Source of the DNA: an uncultured Acholeplasmatales bacterium
GTDB taxonomy: Bacteria > Bacillota_I > Bacilli_A > Acholeplasmatales > Anaeroplasmataceae
Length of the DNA stretch: 64,000 nt
Assembly: GCA_944324725.1 (NCBI GenBank)
Contig: CALUXJ010000001.1
Location: 4,481-68,480, forward strand
Direction of reading: 5' to 3'
The translations under genes and the position numbers were made by a program. The notes beneath the pieces were generated by a model. That model worked only from the letters and a program-made list of their open reading frames with translations. It made no database searches and was not told the DNA's origin. Below are positions 1 to 9,103 of the stretch, one piece after another; within the stretch, counting starts at the first letter, position 1; each line of letters starts with the position of its first letter.

Positions 1-1847
1 GCCCACTAGGCTCTATTCAAAATGCTTTAGCAGAAAGTAAGACTAAAACTCCAACCTATGTTTTTGGTATTATTTTACTTTATTGCATTATACTTGGTAG
101 AACTATTTGTGGCTATTTGTGTCCAGCTGGTTTATTACAAGAATTACTTTATAAAATCAAAACACCTAAACTTAAAAAAAGTAAAGTTACTAGAATCCTG
201 TCATATACAAAGTATGTATTGTTATTTGTCTTTGTCATAGGTATTCCACTAATGTATGCCTTACAAGAGAACAATATGCCAGTTCCTGGTTTTTGTAAAT
301 ATATTTGCCCAGTAGGTACTTTTGAAGGTGGGGTATTCCTTTTAATTCCTCAAAGTAATCAGGACTATTTTGCTATGCTAGGTGGCTTATTCTCCTGGAA
401 ATTCTTAATAATGCTATTAATAGTTTTATCATCTATCTTTATTTATAGAGTATTTTGTCGGTTTTTATGTCCACTTGGTGCAATTTATGGTCTATTTAAT
501 CGCTTATCAATTATCGGGGTTAAGGTCGATAAAAGTAAGTGTACAAATTGTCATGCCTGTGTTAACTTCTGTAAAATGGATGTTAAAGAGGTTGGTGACC
601 ATGAGTGTATTATGTGTGGTGAATGTATAGATGTTTGTAAGGATGACGCTATTAAGTGGAAAAACATTATTAAACGCATTAAAGAAGAAAAGGCTTTAGA
701 AGCTACTTTAGTTTCTGAACTACCTCAACCAATTAATGCTACTGATGTGGCAACTGAAATAAATAGTAAAGCTTTATTAAATACGGCAGCCGTAGAGGTT
801 AAAAATGAAACTTTACCTACAAATACAAACTCTAGTCAGGAGATAAATGCTATTGCTAGTCAAAATACTAATAAAACTAAGAAAAGTAAAAAATCATTGT
901 ACGCTAAGATAGCTGCTTATGTTGGCTTAATTGGTATTTTAATTATTGTTTTAGTATTTACGAATGTGGATTTTAGTAAAAAGTATTATTCACAAAATAT
1001 GATTTTAGATAGCTTCACGACAAAGCTATATTCAGAACAAGAATATAATATTAATAATAGTGAGGCTAGAGTTAAACTACTATATTTCTATGATGTTTAT
1101 GATAAAGATACATTTACTGCTATAGAAGAAGCAACTTCTGAGCACGTTGATTCCATCTTAATCAGTAAATATGATAATAAAGAGGAATATAAATCTCTAG
1201 TAGCGACAGATTTTGCTGCTTCAGCCTTAATTTTTGGCTATGATTCAGTTAATCAAACCGAAATTAGTAAGTTCAGTGAAACGATTAGTTATCCTTATTT
1301 GGTTATTCTTGATAAAGATAATAAGATTGTTGTAGCAGAACAAACTAAATATGATTCCTCATATTATACAAATTACATTATGCCACTAGCTAATGACGTT
1401 GTTATTGGTAACGAAGTTGGTAATATGTGTTTAACTCAAGACATAAAACTTATTAGTGACGATAGTGTAATAAATATTAGTGATTATTTAGGTAAAATTG
1501 TTGTACTTAACTTCTGGTATATAGAATGTGCACCATGTAAGGAAGAATTACCTTACTTTAGTCAAGTTAATTCTGAGTATGATGAAGTAGAAGTTATTGC
1601 TGTTTCTAGTAATATGTGGTACACAATGGCCGAAGAAGATACTAAGGCATATATTGAAGCTCAACAATTTGATTTAACCTATGCCTATGATAATCCAGGT
1701 GAATCCTATACGATTGCCCTTTTTGGTAAGGCCGATGCTTATCCAATGACAATTATAATTGATCAAGAGGGGTATATTCGCTATAAAGCTGCCGGCTCTG
1801 TTAAAGAAGATGTTTTACGTAGTCAAATTGAAGCTTTATTAGCTTAA
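1..1847 (+). CDS. Membrane polyferredoxin (COG0348/NapH-like) fused to extracytoplasmic TlpA/ResA-like thioredoxin domains; 5' end cut by the window edge
   Basis: Frame 3 is open from nt 3 (PLGSIQNALAESKTKTP...GRTICGYLCPAG), so the ATG at 117 in the ORF track is internal. Three CxxCP motifs (CGYLCP, CKYICP, CRFLCP) lie next to TM segments, with two ferredoxin-type motifs (CTNCHACVNFC, CIMCGECIDVC). These are followed by an N/T/S-rich linker, one TM helix (AAYVGLIGILIIVLVF), a Trx-like module without CxxC (VKLLYFYDVYDKDTF) and a C-terminal redoxin module with FWYIECAPCKEE. Confidence 0.85.
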   Translation, partial: PLGSIQNALAESKTKTPTYVFGIILLYCIILGRTICGYLCPAGLLQELLYKIKTPKLKKSKVTRILSYTKYVLLFVFVIGIPLMYALQENNMPVPGFCKYICPVGTFEGGVFLLIPQSNQDYFAMLGGLFSWKFLIMLLIVLSSIFIYRVFCRFLCPLGAIYGLFNRLSIIGVKVDKSKCTNCHACVNFCKMDVKEVGDHECIMCGECIDVCKDDAIKWKNIIKRIKEEKALEATLVSELPQPINATDVATEINSKALLNTAAVEVKNETLPTNTNSSQEINAIASQNTNKTKKSKKSLYAKIAAYVGLIGILIIVLVFTNVDFSKKYYSQNMILDSFTTKLYSEQEYNINNSEARVKLLYFYDVYDKDTFTAIEEATSEHVDSILISKYDNKEEYKSLVATDFAASALIFGYDSVNQTEISKFSETISYPYLVILDKDNKIVVAEQTKYDSSYYTNYIMPLANDVVIGNEVGNMCLTQDIKLISDDSVINISDYLGKIVVLNFWYIECAPCKEELPYFSQVNSEYDEVEVIAVSSNMWYTMAEEDTKAYIEAQQFDLTYAYDNPGESYTIALFGKADAYPMTIIIDQEGYIRYKAAGSVKEDVLRSQIEALLA

Positions 1848-1860
1848 GGAGGGAAATAAA

Positions 1861-3297
1861 TTGCAAAAGATACGAAAATTGTTTTTAGGTTTACTAGCAG
1901 TTGGGTGCTTAAGTCTAACTCTTACTGCTTGTAAAGATGACCCAAGTGTTAGTTCCCTTAGCTTAAGGGGCTATCCTAACACTTTTACGGTGGGGGAAGA
2001 ATTTAGCTCTAAGGGACTATTAGTTGAAGCTACTACAAAAGATGGCACAATTAATGTTAGTGATGTGGCTACTATTGATAATAGTAAAGTTGATATGACT
2101 AAGCCAGGAGTTTATGCTGTTTTAGTTAAATATGAAAATATTGAAATGCCTTATTATATCACTGTAGAACCAGTAGTAAATGAACAAAGATTGATTGCTC
2201 TAGCAGCTGATACAACCAATGTTAAATTAAATTATGCTATTGGCGAAACTTTTGATAGTACAGGCTTAGCTCTTATTGCTACTTATCAAAATTCTAATGA
2301 TGATCCTAATGAAGTTAAATATCTAACTGATTTAACAGATTTTAATATTGTAATAAGGGATAGTAATAATTTAAATGTTACAGGAGCCTTTACAACTTCA
2401 GGTACCTACTATGTTTATGTTACTCAAGGTTCAGTAAGAACAAGCTTTACTATTAATGTTATTAATGAAAGAAGTAGTGTTGCGGATGCTGTTAGTGCAG
2501 CAGTTGCTAATCAAGCTTCAGTAGCTGGTGGTAGTTCTTATAGCACAATTAATTCGAATATTCCTTATGATTATGCTAATACTTCCGTTTTATATGAATA
2601 TGGTGATAATTTATTAGCTTTAAGTTATTATAATGGAGCTAATTATTATGAGTGCTATAGTCTAAAAAATGGCGTAGCTAGTGGTTATAAGGTTAATGAA
2701 GCAACTAACCTATCTAGTGTATTAGCTGATGTAACAGCTGATAGTATCAAAGGTCCAAAATATAGTCTTTGTGCGGGCACAAGAGAATATTTTGGTGCTG
2801 AGCAAATGCTTAAGGCCCTATATGATTTAGGAAATAGCAACCCTAATAACGATTATAGTGAAACAATTAGACGGGTGGGAACTGACACAGGCGGTATCAG
2901 ATATGAGTATAGCTTTAGTTTTGGTCTTTTAGAAAGTCCAGCTGCTAACACTTATTATTTACACAAGATTAGCGTTAGCTTTGCTTTAAGTACTATTAAT
3001 ATTTTAGAATCACTAATAGTTGAATCTAATACATATGTAGTAAATAATTCCAAAACAGATTTTACTATTGTTCCTAAAGGTGAGCCAAATAGCCAGGCCT
3101 TTTATAGTCCAGATAGAGTTTTACCAGGAACTAACTATCCAAGTGATTTCCCAGTTATTACTTCTAATTATTCAGTCAGTGATTGTATGGCTCGTTTAAA
3201 GACAACAACGTCTAAGTCTAGCTATTCTTATAAATATCAAATATCACAATATGGTGGACAACGTACTGCCACTAGTAAATATCCTGATTTAGGCTAG
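1861..3297 (+). CDS. Surface lipoprotein with two N-terminal Ig-like modules; function unknown (paralogue of the next gene)
   Basis: AGGAGGG RBS 7 nt upstream of a TTG start. Signal peptide with lipobox LTLTAC. Two repeats of the pattern Y..TF.VGE.F...GL.V.A........V......D.....PG.Y.V.V.Y. C-terminal block TDFTIVPKGEPNS...DCMARLK is shared with 3310-5805. Confidence 0.75.
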   Translation: MQKIRKLFLGLLAVGCLSLTLTACKDDPSVSSLSLRGYPNTFTVGEEFSSKGLLVEATTKDGTINVSDVATIDNSKVDMTKPGVYAVLVKYENIEMPYYITVEPVVNEQRLIALAADTTNVKLNYAIGETFDSTGLALIATYQNSNDDPNEVKYLTDLTDFNIVIRDSNNLNVTGAFTTSGTYYVYVTQGSVRTSFTINVINERSSVADAVSAAVANQASVAGGSSYSTINSNIPYDYANTSVLYEYGDNLLALSYYNGANYYECYSLKNGVASGYKVNEATNLSSVLADVTADSIKGPKYSLCAGTREYFGAEQMLKALYDLGNSNPNNDYSETIRRVGTDTGGIRYEYSFSFGLLESPAANTYYLHKISVSFALSTINILESLIVESNTYVVNNSKTDFTIVPKGEPNSQAFYSPDRVLPGTNYPSDFPVITSNYSVSDCMARLKTTTSKSSYSYKYQISQYGGQRTATSKYPDLG

Positions 3298-3309
3298 GAG
3301 GTGTCAAGA

Positions 3310-5805
3310 ATGAAAAAAAGAATATTAAGCTTAATCACAGCTTTACTTGCCATTTTTATTCTTGCAGCTTGTAAAACTCAAGCCGTAACAGATTTAAGTT
3401 TATCAGGTTACACGAGTAGTTATACAGTAGGAGATACTTTTAGTAGTTCTGGTCTTATAGTTGAAGCTGTTGCCGGTAGTGAAAAAACTAATGTAACTGC
3501 TGAAGCTAGTATTGATGCTTCTGCAGTTGATATGACTACACCAGGCACTTATGCGGTAGTAGTTAAATATGGTGATGTTCAAAGAGCCTATTATGTAACA
3601 GTAAATGAAGAAGAAAACACACAAACTTTAATTGGTCTCGAGATTGATACTACTAAAGCTAAGCTTAGCTATTTAACGGGTGAAACTTTTAGTAGCGATG
3701 GAATAGCTCTTATTGCTACCTATAGTAATTCGGATGGTTCCTCTGATACAACTAAATATTTAACAGATTTAACTACTTTTACAATTGAGGTTAAGGATAG
3801 TAATTCTAATTTAGTTACAGGTTCTTTTACTAGTGCTGGTAGTTATGAAGTTATAATTAGTCAAAATGATGTTAGTCAAAGCTACAATATAACGGTTACT
3901 AATGGGGCAGCTAGTGTGGAAGCGGCAGTTAACGCTGCGATTGCTAATAAAAATTTAGTGGCTGGTGGGGAATCTATTAATAATGACCCTAATACGAATA
4001 GTTATTTTGGTCGTACCACTGCTAGCTATGAATATGGTCCTAATCTAAATTCTATTACCTATACTTACCAAGGTAATCATTATGTGGAAAATTATTTCAT
4101 AAATAGTGATAACGAAGTAGTAGGTGTAAGAGTTAATGAAGATTTTGTTCAATCTGATAGTGACCCATATGCCAAACCATTAACTATTCTTGATAACTTA
4201 GATAGTAGCTATGTTAATGGTATTGAATATTCACTTTTTGCAGGTAAGGTATATTGTACAGGCGCAGAAACCTTGCTACAAACTTTATATGATTTAGGTA
4301 AGAGTAATCCTAATTATGATTATGCGGAAGCTATTACCGAAAGAAGTAATGATTTAGGTCAAATTGAATATGTTTATAATTTTAGTTTTGGCTATTTAGT
4401 AGAAGCACAAACAACAACTGTTTTCTATTTGAATATGGTTGATGTTTCCTTTACATTAGGCGCAGGTAATTTTTTAGAGTCTTTAGAAGTATCAGATGAT
4501 ATTTATGTTGTTTCTGAGATGATGACACAATTTACTATTATGCCTAAAGGTGAGCCTAATAGTGATATTTTCTATGCGCCAGACCGAATTTTCCCTGATG
4601 GCTCAACAGAAGCTACAACTAATCCAACTACAGGTTATCCTAAAGATTTCCCTGTTATTTTGGATAGTTATACGATTAATGATTGTATGGCTAGATTAAA
4701 ACCTGATGCAGGTACTGCTAGTACACATTATTCTAATTCCTTTAGTATTCATCAATATAGTGGCGAAAGAGATGCGGTTAATAAATACCCAGAATCTGAA
4801 ATTTATGTTCAAAGTTACAATGTGCGTGATACAGCTGGTAACATTTTAGATGATTTGACCTTTGATACAACAATAGATAATTCTAACACCTCTGATAGTG
4901 CTATTAATTTAGTTTTAACAGATTTCAATTCAGAAACAGCTAGAACAATCGATACAGTAAGCTTTATTTATAATGGTAAAAACATTGGTAATTTCTCAGA
5001 TGGTAGTAATGGTTTAATATTGTACTATAATTTGACGGAGAACACATTGCGAATTAGATGTTTCAATTATGGTGTTTATGAATTAGAAATGGTGACATTA
5101 AAGACGAGTAAGAAAATTACTATCAATGTTGATTGGCGGGCACCACTAACCTTTACAACACAGGTTTTCCAAGATAATGTTAATCCAGAATTAGCAACAT
5201 TTGTAAAGCGAAATACGATTGATTGTTTTGTTGGTGATACTATTTACTTTAATGTTGAACCAGATGCAACAGGTGATCCGGAATATATTACAAGTTGTTC
5301 TAATTCTAGTGCAATTATCATTAATAATCCAACAGAAAATTTACCAGAAGTTTTAGTTAATTATCAAGGTTACTTTAGTTCATTTACTACTAATGAAGTT
5401 GGAACTTACGTTATAGATTTAAAATCTAATCGTAATAATATTCACTCAATATTAACAGTTAATGTTAAACCTGAACCTGATTTCTCAGAAAATTTAACTG
5501 GTACCTATACTTTTGAGGCTTTAAGTACTCCCAATAAAGTAATGGGGACAATTACTTTCACTCTTGATTCCGAACTAGAAGGTTTAGGTGGTAGTGCAGA
5601 GATTAAATTAGGTGATTTTACAGAAATAATTTCCTTTAACTATGCTAATAGAGCCTTCAGTAATGTTGGTCATATTGATGGTAATGAGGGACGTATTAGT
5701 TTGTCTTTAAATGAAAATTTAGAGATTGTAATTTCTGGTTCTTATCATTTAGATGGTAATGTTGTTTATTCCTTCAATTCAGTTTTGACACGTCAGGAGG
5801 GATAA
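3310..5805 (+). CDS. Surface lipoprotein, a longer paralogue of 1861-3297 with a C-terminal extension of about 350 aa
   Basis: GGAGG RBS 8 nt before the ATG at 3310 (the track uses GTG at 3301). Lipobox ILAAC. Colinear similarity to the preceding protein (LSLSGYTSSYTVGDTFSSSGLIVEA..., TQFTIMPKGEPNS..., NDCMARLKP). The extra C-terminal region has no motif I recognise. Confidence 0.75.
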   Translation: MKKRILSLITALLAIFILAACKTQAVTDLSLSGYTSSYTVGDTFSSSGLIVEAVAGSEKTNVTAEASIDASAVDMTTPGTYAVVVKYGDVQRAYYVTVNEEENTQTLIGLEIDTTKAKLSYLTGETFSSDGIALIATYSNSDGSSDTTKYLTDLTTFTIEVKDSNSNLVTGSFTSAGSYEVIISQNDVSQSYNITVTNGAASVEAAVNAAIANKNLVAGGESINNDPNTNSYFGRTTASYEYGPNLNSITYTYQGNHYVENYFINSDNEVVGVRVNEDFVQSDSDPYAKPLTILDNLDSSYVNGIEYSLFAGKVYCTGAETLLQTLYDLGKSNPNYDYAEAITERSNDLGQIEYVYNFSFGYLVEAQTTTVFYLNMVDVSFTLGAGNFLESLEVSDDIYVVSEMMTQFTIMPKGEPNSDIFYAPDRIFPDGSTEATTNPTTGYPKDFPVILDSYTINDCMARLKPDAGTASTHYSNSFSIHQYSGERDAVNKYPESEIYVQSYNVRDTAGNILDDLTFDTTIDNSNTSDSAINLVLTDFNSETARTIDTVSFIYNGKNIGNFSDGSNGLILYYNLTENTLRIRCFNYGVYELEMVTLKTSKKITINVDWRAPLTFTTQVFQDNVNPELATFVKRNTIDCFVGDTIYFNVEPDATGDPEYITSCSNSSAIIINNPTENLPEVLVNYQGYFSSFTTNEVGTYVIDLKSNRNNIHSILTVNVKPEPDFSENLTGTYTFEALSTPNKVMGTITFTLDSELEGLGGSAEIKLGDFTEIISFNYANRAFSNVGHIDGNEGRISLSLNENLEIVISGSYHLDGNVVYSFNSVLTRQEG

Positions 5806-5806
5806 G

Positions 5807-7216
5807 ATGGTAAATAATTTTAAGAAAATCAAAGCTAAGTTTACAATAGAAACCTTAATAATAGCCTTATTTGTTGGCTTATTTAGTGGGGTCTTAGTTA
5901 GTTCTATTCTAGTTCTAATTTATAAACAATTAGGCTTAGAATATAACTTGTTATTATTTATTTTAATTGGTGTTGGTGTTTTTGTTTTGTTAAGCTTAAT
6001 CATATTTTTAATCTTTAAGCCTAACAACATTAAGGTTGCCAAGCGAATTGATAGACAATTAAATCTTAAAGAAAAAGTTCATACGATGGTTGAGTATGAG
6101 GGAAAAAATGGTTATTTGATTGATATGCAAAGAGCCGATACTAAAGATAAATTAAATAATCTTAAGGTTAAAAGAGTTAAGATGAAATTTAGTCTATACC
6201 TTCTTATTTTACCAGTTGTAGCTCTTGCCTTTTGTCTAAGTTCAATCATGGTCAAGGGTAAGGAAGTGGATGAACCAGTAGTGGTTGAACCACCAGTTTC
6301 TGGGGATCCATATATTATTGCTCAATTAAGAGATTTGATTAGAGAAGTTAATGAAGACGTTGACTTAATGTCTGATGTTAAGGTAGCCTACACTACTCAT
6401 TTAGAAGATTTAATAGTGGCCATTAATCGACCGGATCTAACTCGTTCAGATGAGGTGGAAGCTGTCAACTCAACAATTACCAATCTCAGTTATTCTAGCA
6501 TTAATTTGAATTCAATTGATAATATTACGCAAGTACTAAGTAATTCAAATTTAGAGGAAATGCATAATTTAGGTGTCGCAATAGCTACCTATGACGAGGA
6601 ACAAATTAATACGGCTTTAGATAGTATTGCCTCTTATGTCAAAAAAGTTTCTGGTAGTCAAAGACAATCAAGTTATGAAAAGTTGGTAGATGAAGGTTTT
6701 CAACTAGTTGATAATGAACGTTTGGAAGATACAGATGAATTATATCAAGTATTTACAGCGTTTAAGACTAATTTAGCTACAGCTATTGCGGACAATAATT
6801 ACAATACGGCAATTGAAGAAGTGGTTAGTGAAGCTAAGGCTGATTTAGCTAGTTCAGTTAAGAGACAGGTAGAAACATTGGTAATGGCTAATTATTTGGA
6901 AGAAAGATTAATTGCTATTTTTGAATTACCAAATACTGACACACCGGTAAATCCTCCAATTCCCGATGTACCTGGAATAGATGAGGATCCAAGTAAGCCT
7001 TCAACAGGTGGTGGTGGTCATGGTGACACAATTTATGCTGGTGATGATATTTTTTATGATCCAGATGAAGGTTTGGTGCCTTATTATGAGGTAATAAGCA
7101 AATATAGTGCTTATATTGAGGGTCTAGTTCAAGATGGAGTTATTTCCGAAGAATTAGCTAACTACTACATTGAATACTTTAACAATTTATATCAAGCAGA
7201 CGAGGGTAATGAATAA
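5807..7216 (+). CDS. Membrane protein of unknown function (two N-terminal TMs, a third TM, an external helical region and a Pro/Gly-rich tail); possibly DUF4175-like
   Basis: ATG 1 nt after the upstream stop, with a GGAGGG RBS. TM helices at about aa 15-38, 48-70 and 128-148. AKRIDRQLNLKEKVHTMVEY follows TM2. Tail PVNPPIPDVPGIDEDPSKPSTGGGGHG. The position immediately upstream of MoxR/DUF58 resembles the uncharacterised partner protein seen in MoxR-DUF58-BatA_N clusters; that family assignment is from memory. Confidence 0.6.
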   Translation: MVNNFKKIKAKFTIETLIIALFVGLFSGVLVSSILVLIYKQLGLEYNLLLFILIGVGVFVLLSLIIFLIFKPNNIKVAKRIDRQLNLKEKVHTMVEYEGKNGYLIDMQRADTKDKLNNLKVKRVKMKFSLYLLILPVVALAFCLSSIMVKGKEVDEPVVVEPPVSGDPYIIAQLRDLIREVNEDVDLMSDVKVAYTTHLEDLIVAINRPDLTRSDEVEAVNSTITNLSYSSINLNSIDNITQVLSNSNLEEMHNLGVAIATYDEEQINTALDSIASYVKKVSGSQRQSSYEKLVDEGFQLVDNERLEDTDELYQVFTAFKTNLATAIADNNYNTAIEEVVSEAKADLASSVKRQVETLVMANYLEERLIAIFELPNTDTPVNPPIPDVPGIDEDPSKPSTGGGGHGDTIYAGDDIFYDPDEGLVPYYEVISKYSAYIEGLVQDGVISEELANYYIEYFNNLYQADEGNE

Positions 7217-7217
7217 T

Positions 7218-8225
7218 ATGGAAAATGTAGAATTAAAAGAACAAGAACTGGAAAAGGTAGCAGAATTTAGTGCTACGATTGCCAAGATTAAAGACGAAAT
7301 CAAAAAGGATGTCGTTGGTCAAGAAGACATTATTAATAATGTTATAATTGCTATTATTGCTGGGGGTAATATTTTACTTGAAGGTGTACCAGGGGTTGGT
7401 AAAACACGTTTGGTTCGTTCATTGAGTCAAATTTTAAGCTTACCATTCTCTAGAATTCAATTTACACCAGATTTAATGCCAAGTGATGTCACTGGTACTA
7501 ATGTAATTGACCGTGATGCTAATGACAAGATGCAAATTGTTTTCCAAAAGGGACCTATTTTTGCTAATTTAATTTTAGCTGATGAAATTAACAGAGCTAC
7601 TCCTAAAACTCAATCAGCTTTACTAGAAGTAATGCAGGAGCATAAAGTTACAATTTCTAATAAAACTTATAAAATGGAAGAACCATTCTTCGTATTAGCT
7701 ACTGAAAACCCAATCGAACAAGATGGTACTTATCCACTTCCTGAAGCTCAAATGGACCGTTTTATGTTTAAGTTATTGATGGGTTTCCCAGGTATCGATG
7801 AACTTAAAGATATCGTTACAATGACACAAATTACAATGGCTGAAACAGCTAATACTATAGTAGATGGTAAGACTATTCTTGCTATGCGTGAATTAGCTAA
7901 AACAGTGCCATTAGTTGATGATGTCCTAACCTATGCAATGCATCTTGTTACAGCAACTCATCCAGAACTTGCTGGTAATGATATTGCAAAGAAATATATT
8001 AGATATGGTGCTTCCCCAAGAGCGGCTCAAGCTATCATTACGGCTAGTAAAGTTAAAGCTTTAATTGATGGCAATTACAATGTATCTTATGATGATATTG
8101 ATGAGCTAGCTTATCCCGTTTTAAGACATAGAATTAAATTATCTTACAATGCTATCAATGATCATTTATCAATCGACGATGTAATAGGACTATTAATTAA
8201 GGATTTAAGAAAGCTTAAGAAATAA
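7218..8225 (+). CDS. moxR: MoxR-family AAA+ ATPase (AAA_3)
   Basis: Walker A LLEGVPGVGKT, FSRIQFTPDLMPSDVTGT, Walker B LADEINRA and LEVMQE...V are typical MoxR motifs. The start was moved to ATG 7218 (GAGGG RBS, 1 nt after the upstream stop) instead of 7170, which overlaps the previous gene. Confidence 0.92.
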   Translation: MENVELKEQELEKVAEFSATIAKIKDEIKKDVVGQEDIINNVIIAIIAGGNILLEGVPGVGKTRLVRSLSQILSLPFSRIQFTPDLMPSDVTGTNVIDRDANDKMQIVFQKGPIFANLILADEINRATPKTQSALLEVMQEHKVTISNKTYKMEEPFFVLATENPIEQDGTYPLPEAQMDRFMFKLLMGFPGIDELKDIVTMTQITMAETANTIVDGKTILAMRELAKTVPLVDDVLTYAMHLVTATHPELAGNDIAKKYIRYGASPRAAQAIITASKVKALIDGNYNVSYDDIDELAYPVLRHRIKLSYNAINDHLSIDDVIGLLIKDLRKLKK

Positions 8226-9103
8226 TGTATTCTATTGATGAAAAATTTTTACAAAAGGTTGAAACCCTAGATCTAATCCTAAAAAATAGTAATTATGGTT
8301 CTTTTGGGGGCAACCATAAATCCAAGTTATTTGGTTCATCGAGTGAATTTGCCGATTATCGTGATTATATGGCCGGTGATGAAATCACTAAAATTGACTG
8401 GAATGCTTATCAAAGGTTTAATAAGCTTTATTTAAAACTTTATTTAGATGAAAGACAGGCTCACAACAAAATTTATATTGATGCGAGCCGGTCTATGGTT
8501 TTTGGTAAAGGTGATAAGGCTGATTATGCCCTTAAACTTGCTGCTATTTTAGCCTATATTTCTATTTGTAATATGGATAAAGTGTCAATTTATTGTATTA
8601 AGGATAATAGAATTGAAGAGGTAGCTATTAATTTATCGAGCAAAGACGCCTACTATAGCGAAATATTAAAGCTAAATAATATTGAGTTTTCAGGTGATTG
8701 CTTTATTAGTGAGAGCTTATTACCTTTAAATGTAGGTTATGGTGATGGCTTGTCTGTTTTGATTTCGGATTTCTTAACTGACAATAATTATGAGGCTGGA
8801 ATTGATCATTTAGTTGATAGAAAAAGAGATGTCTTATGTATTCAAATCCTCTCAAAGGATGAGGTTAAACCTAAAATTCGGGGAAAGGTTCAACTTTACG
8901 ATTCAGAAGACAATAATAAAATTTACAAGAAAAATGTAAATAAGGATGTAATTATTGCCTATGAGAAAGCTCTTAATTACATTAAAGAACGTCTACAAAA
9001 TTATTGTAGTTCACGTAATTCTTCTTATTTATTCGTCCAAAGTAATGCGGATGAAGGAGAAGTATTTATGAATATTTTAACGCAAATGGGGGTATTAAAA
9101 TGA
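8225..9103 (+). CDS. DUF58 domain protein (MoxR-associated, degenerate VWA-like)
   Basis: DYRDYMAGDEITKIDWNAYQRFNKLYLKLY is the hallmark DUF58 motif. TAATG overlap with moxR. Confidence 0.88.
   Translation: MYSIDEKFLQKVETLDLILKNSNYGSFGGNHKSKLFGSSSEFADYRDYMAGDEITKIDWNAYQRFNKLYLKLYLDERQAHNKIYIDASRSMVFGKGDKADYALKLAAILAYISICNMDKVSIYCIKDNRIEEVAINLSSKDAYYSEILKLNNIEFSGDCFISESLLPLNVGYGDGLSVLISDFLTDNNYEAGIDHLVDRKRDVLCIQILSKDEVKPKIRGKVQLYDSEDNNKIYKKNVNKDVIIAYEKALNYIKERLQNYCSSRNSSYLFVQSNADEGEVFMNILTQMGVLK

Noticed and set aside
58-240. 60-aa + strand ORF from the track at the window start.
   Set aside because: It is out of frame with, and fully inside, the 5'-truncated polyferredoxin gene. That gene's frame is open from nt 3 and carries the conserved GRTICGYLCPAG motif. 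The ORF looks like hydrophobic frame noise.
117-1847. ATG at 117 as the start of the first gene.
   Set aside because: The same frame continues without a stop to nt 3, and the upstream residues form part of the first conserved CxxCP motif. The gene is truncated by the window edge.
3403-3624. Antisense 73-aa ORF inside the lipoprotein gene. The same applies to the antisense ORFs at 10915-11148, 11626-11850, 12667-12882, 20404-20619, 24891-25097, 27562-27753, 34088-34390, 42048-42239, 43419-43697, 44912-45223, 46372-46557, 46810-47007, 55608-55799, 56741-56974, 56984-57169, 57839-58048 and 63150-63356.
   Set aside because: All lie entirely opposite well-supported longer genes. None has a convincing RBS, and their composition is low-complexity, typical of antisense frames in AT-rich DNA.
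7170-7217. Upstream alternative starts proposed by the track: 7170 for moxR, 3301 for the second lipoprotein, 25315 for oppD, 45368 for the ABC gene, and 58226 for xth.
   Set aside because: In each case a downstream ATG with a properly spaced GGAGG-like RBS removes an overlap with the preceding gene or terminator, and gives an N-terminus typical of the family. The upstream starts cannot be strictly excluded.
9101-9103. Possibility that TGA encodes Trp (Mycoplasma/Spiroplasma code 4).
   Set aside because: TGA terminates well-supported genes exactly at operon junctions (ATGA overlaps at 9100-9103 and 62665-62668), and all Trp codons noticed are TGG. The standard bacterial code applies.
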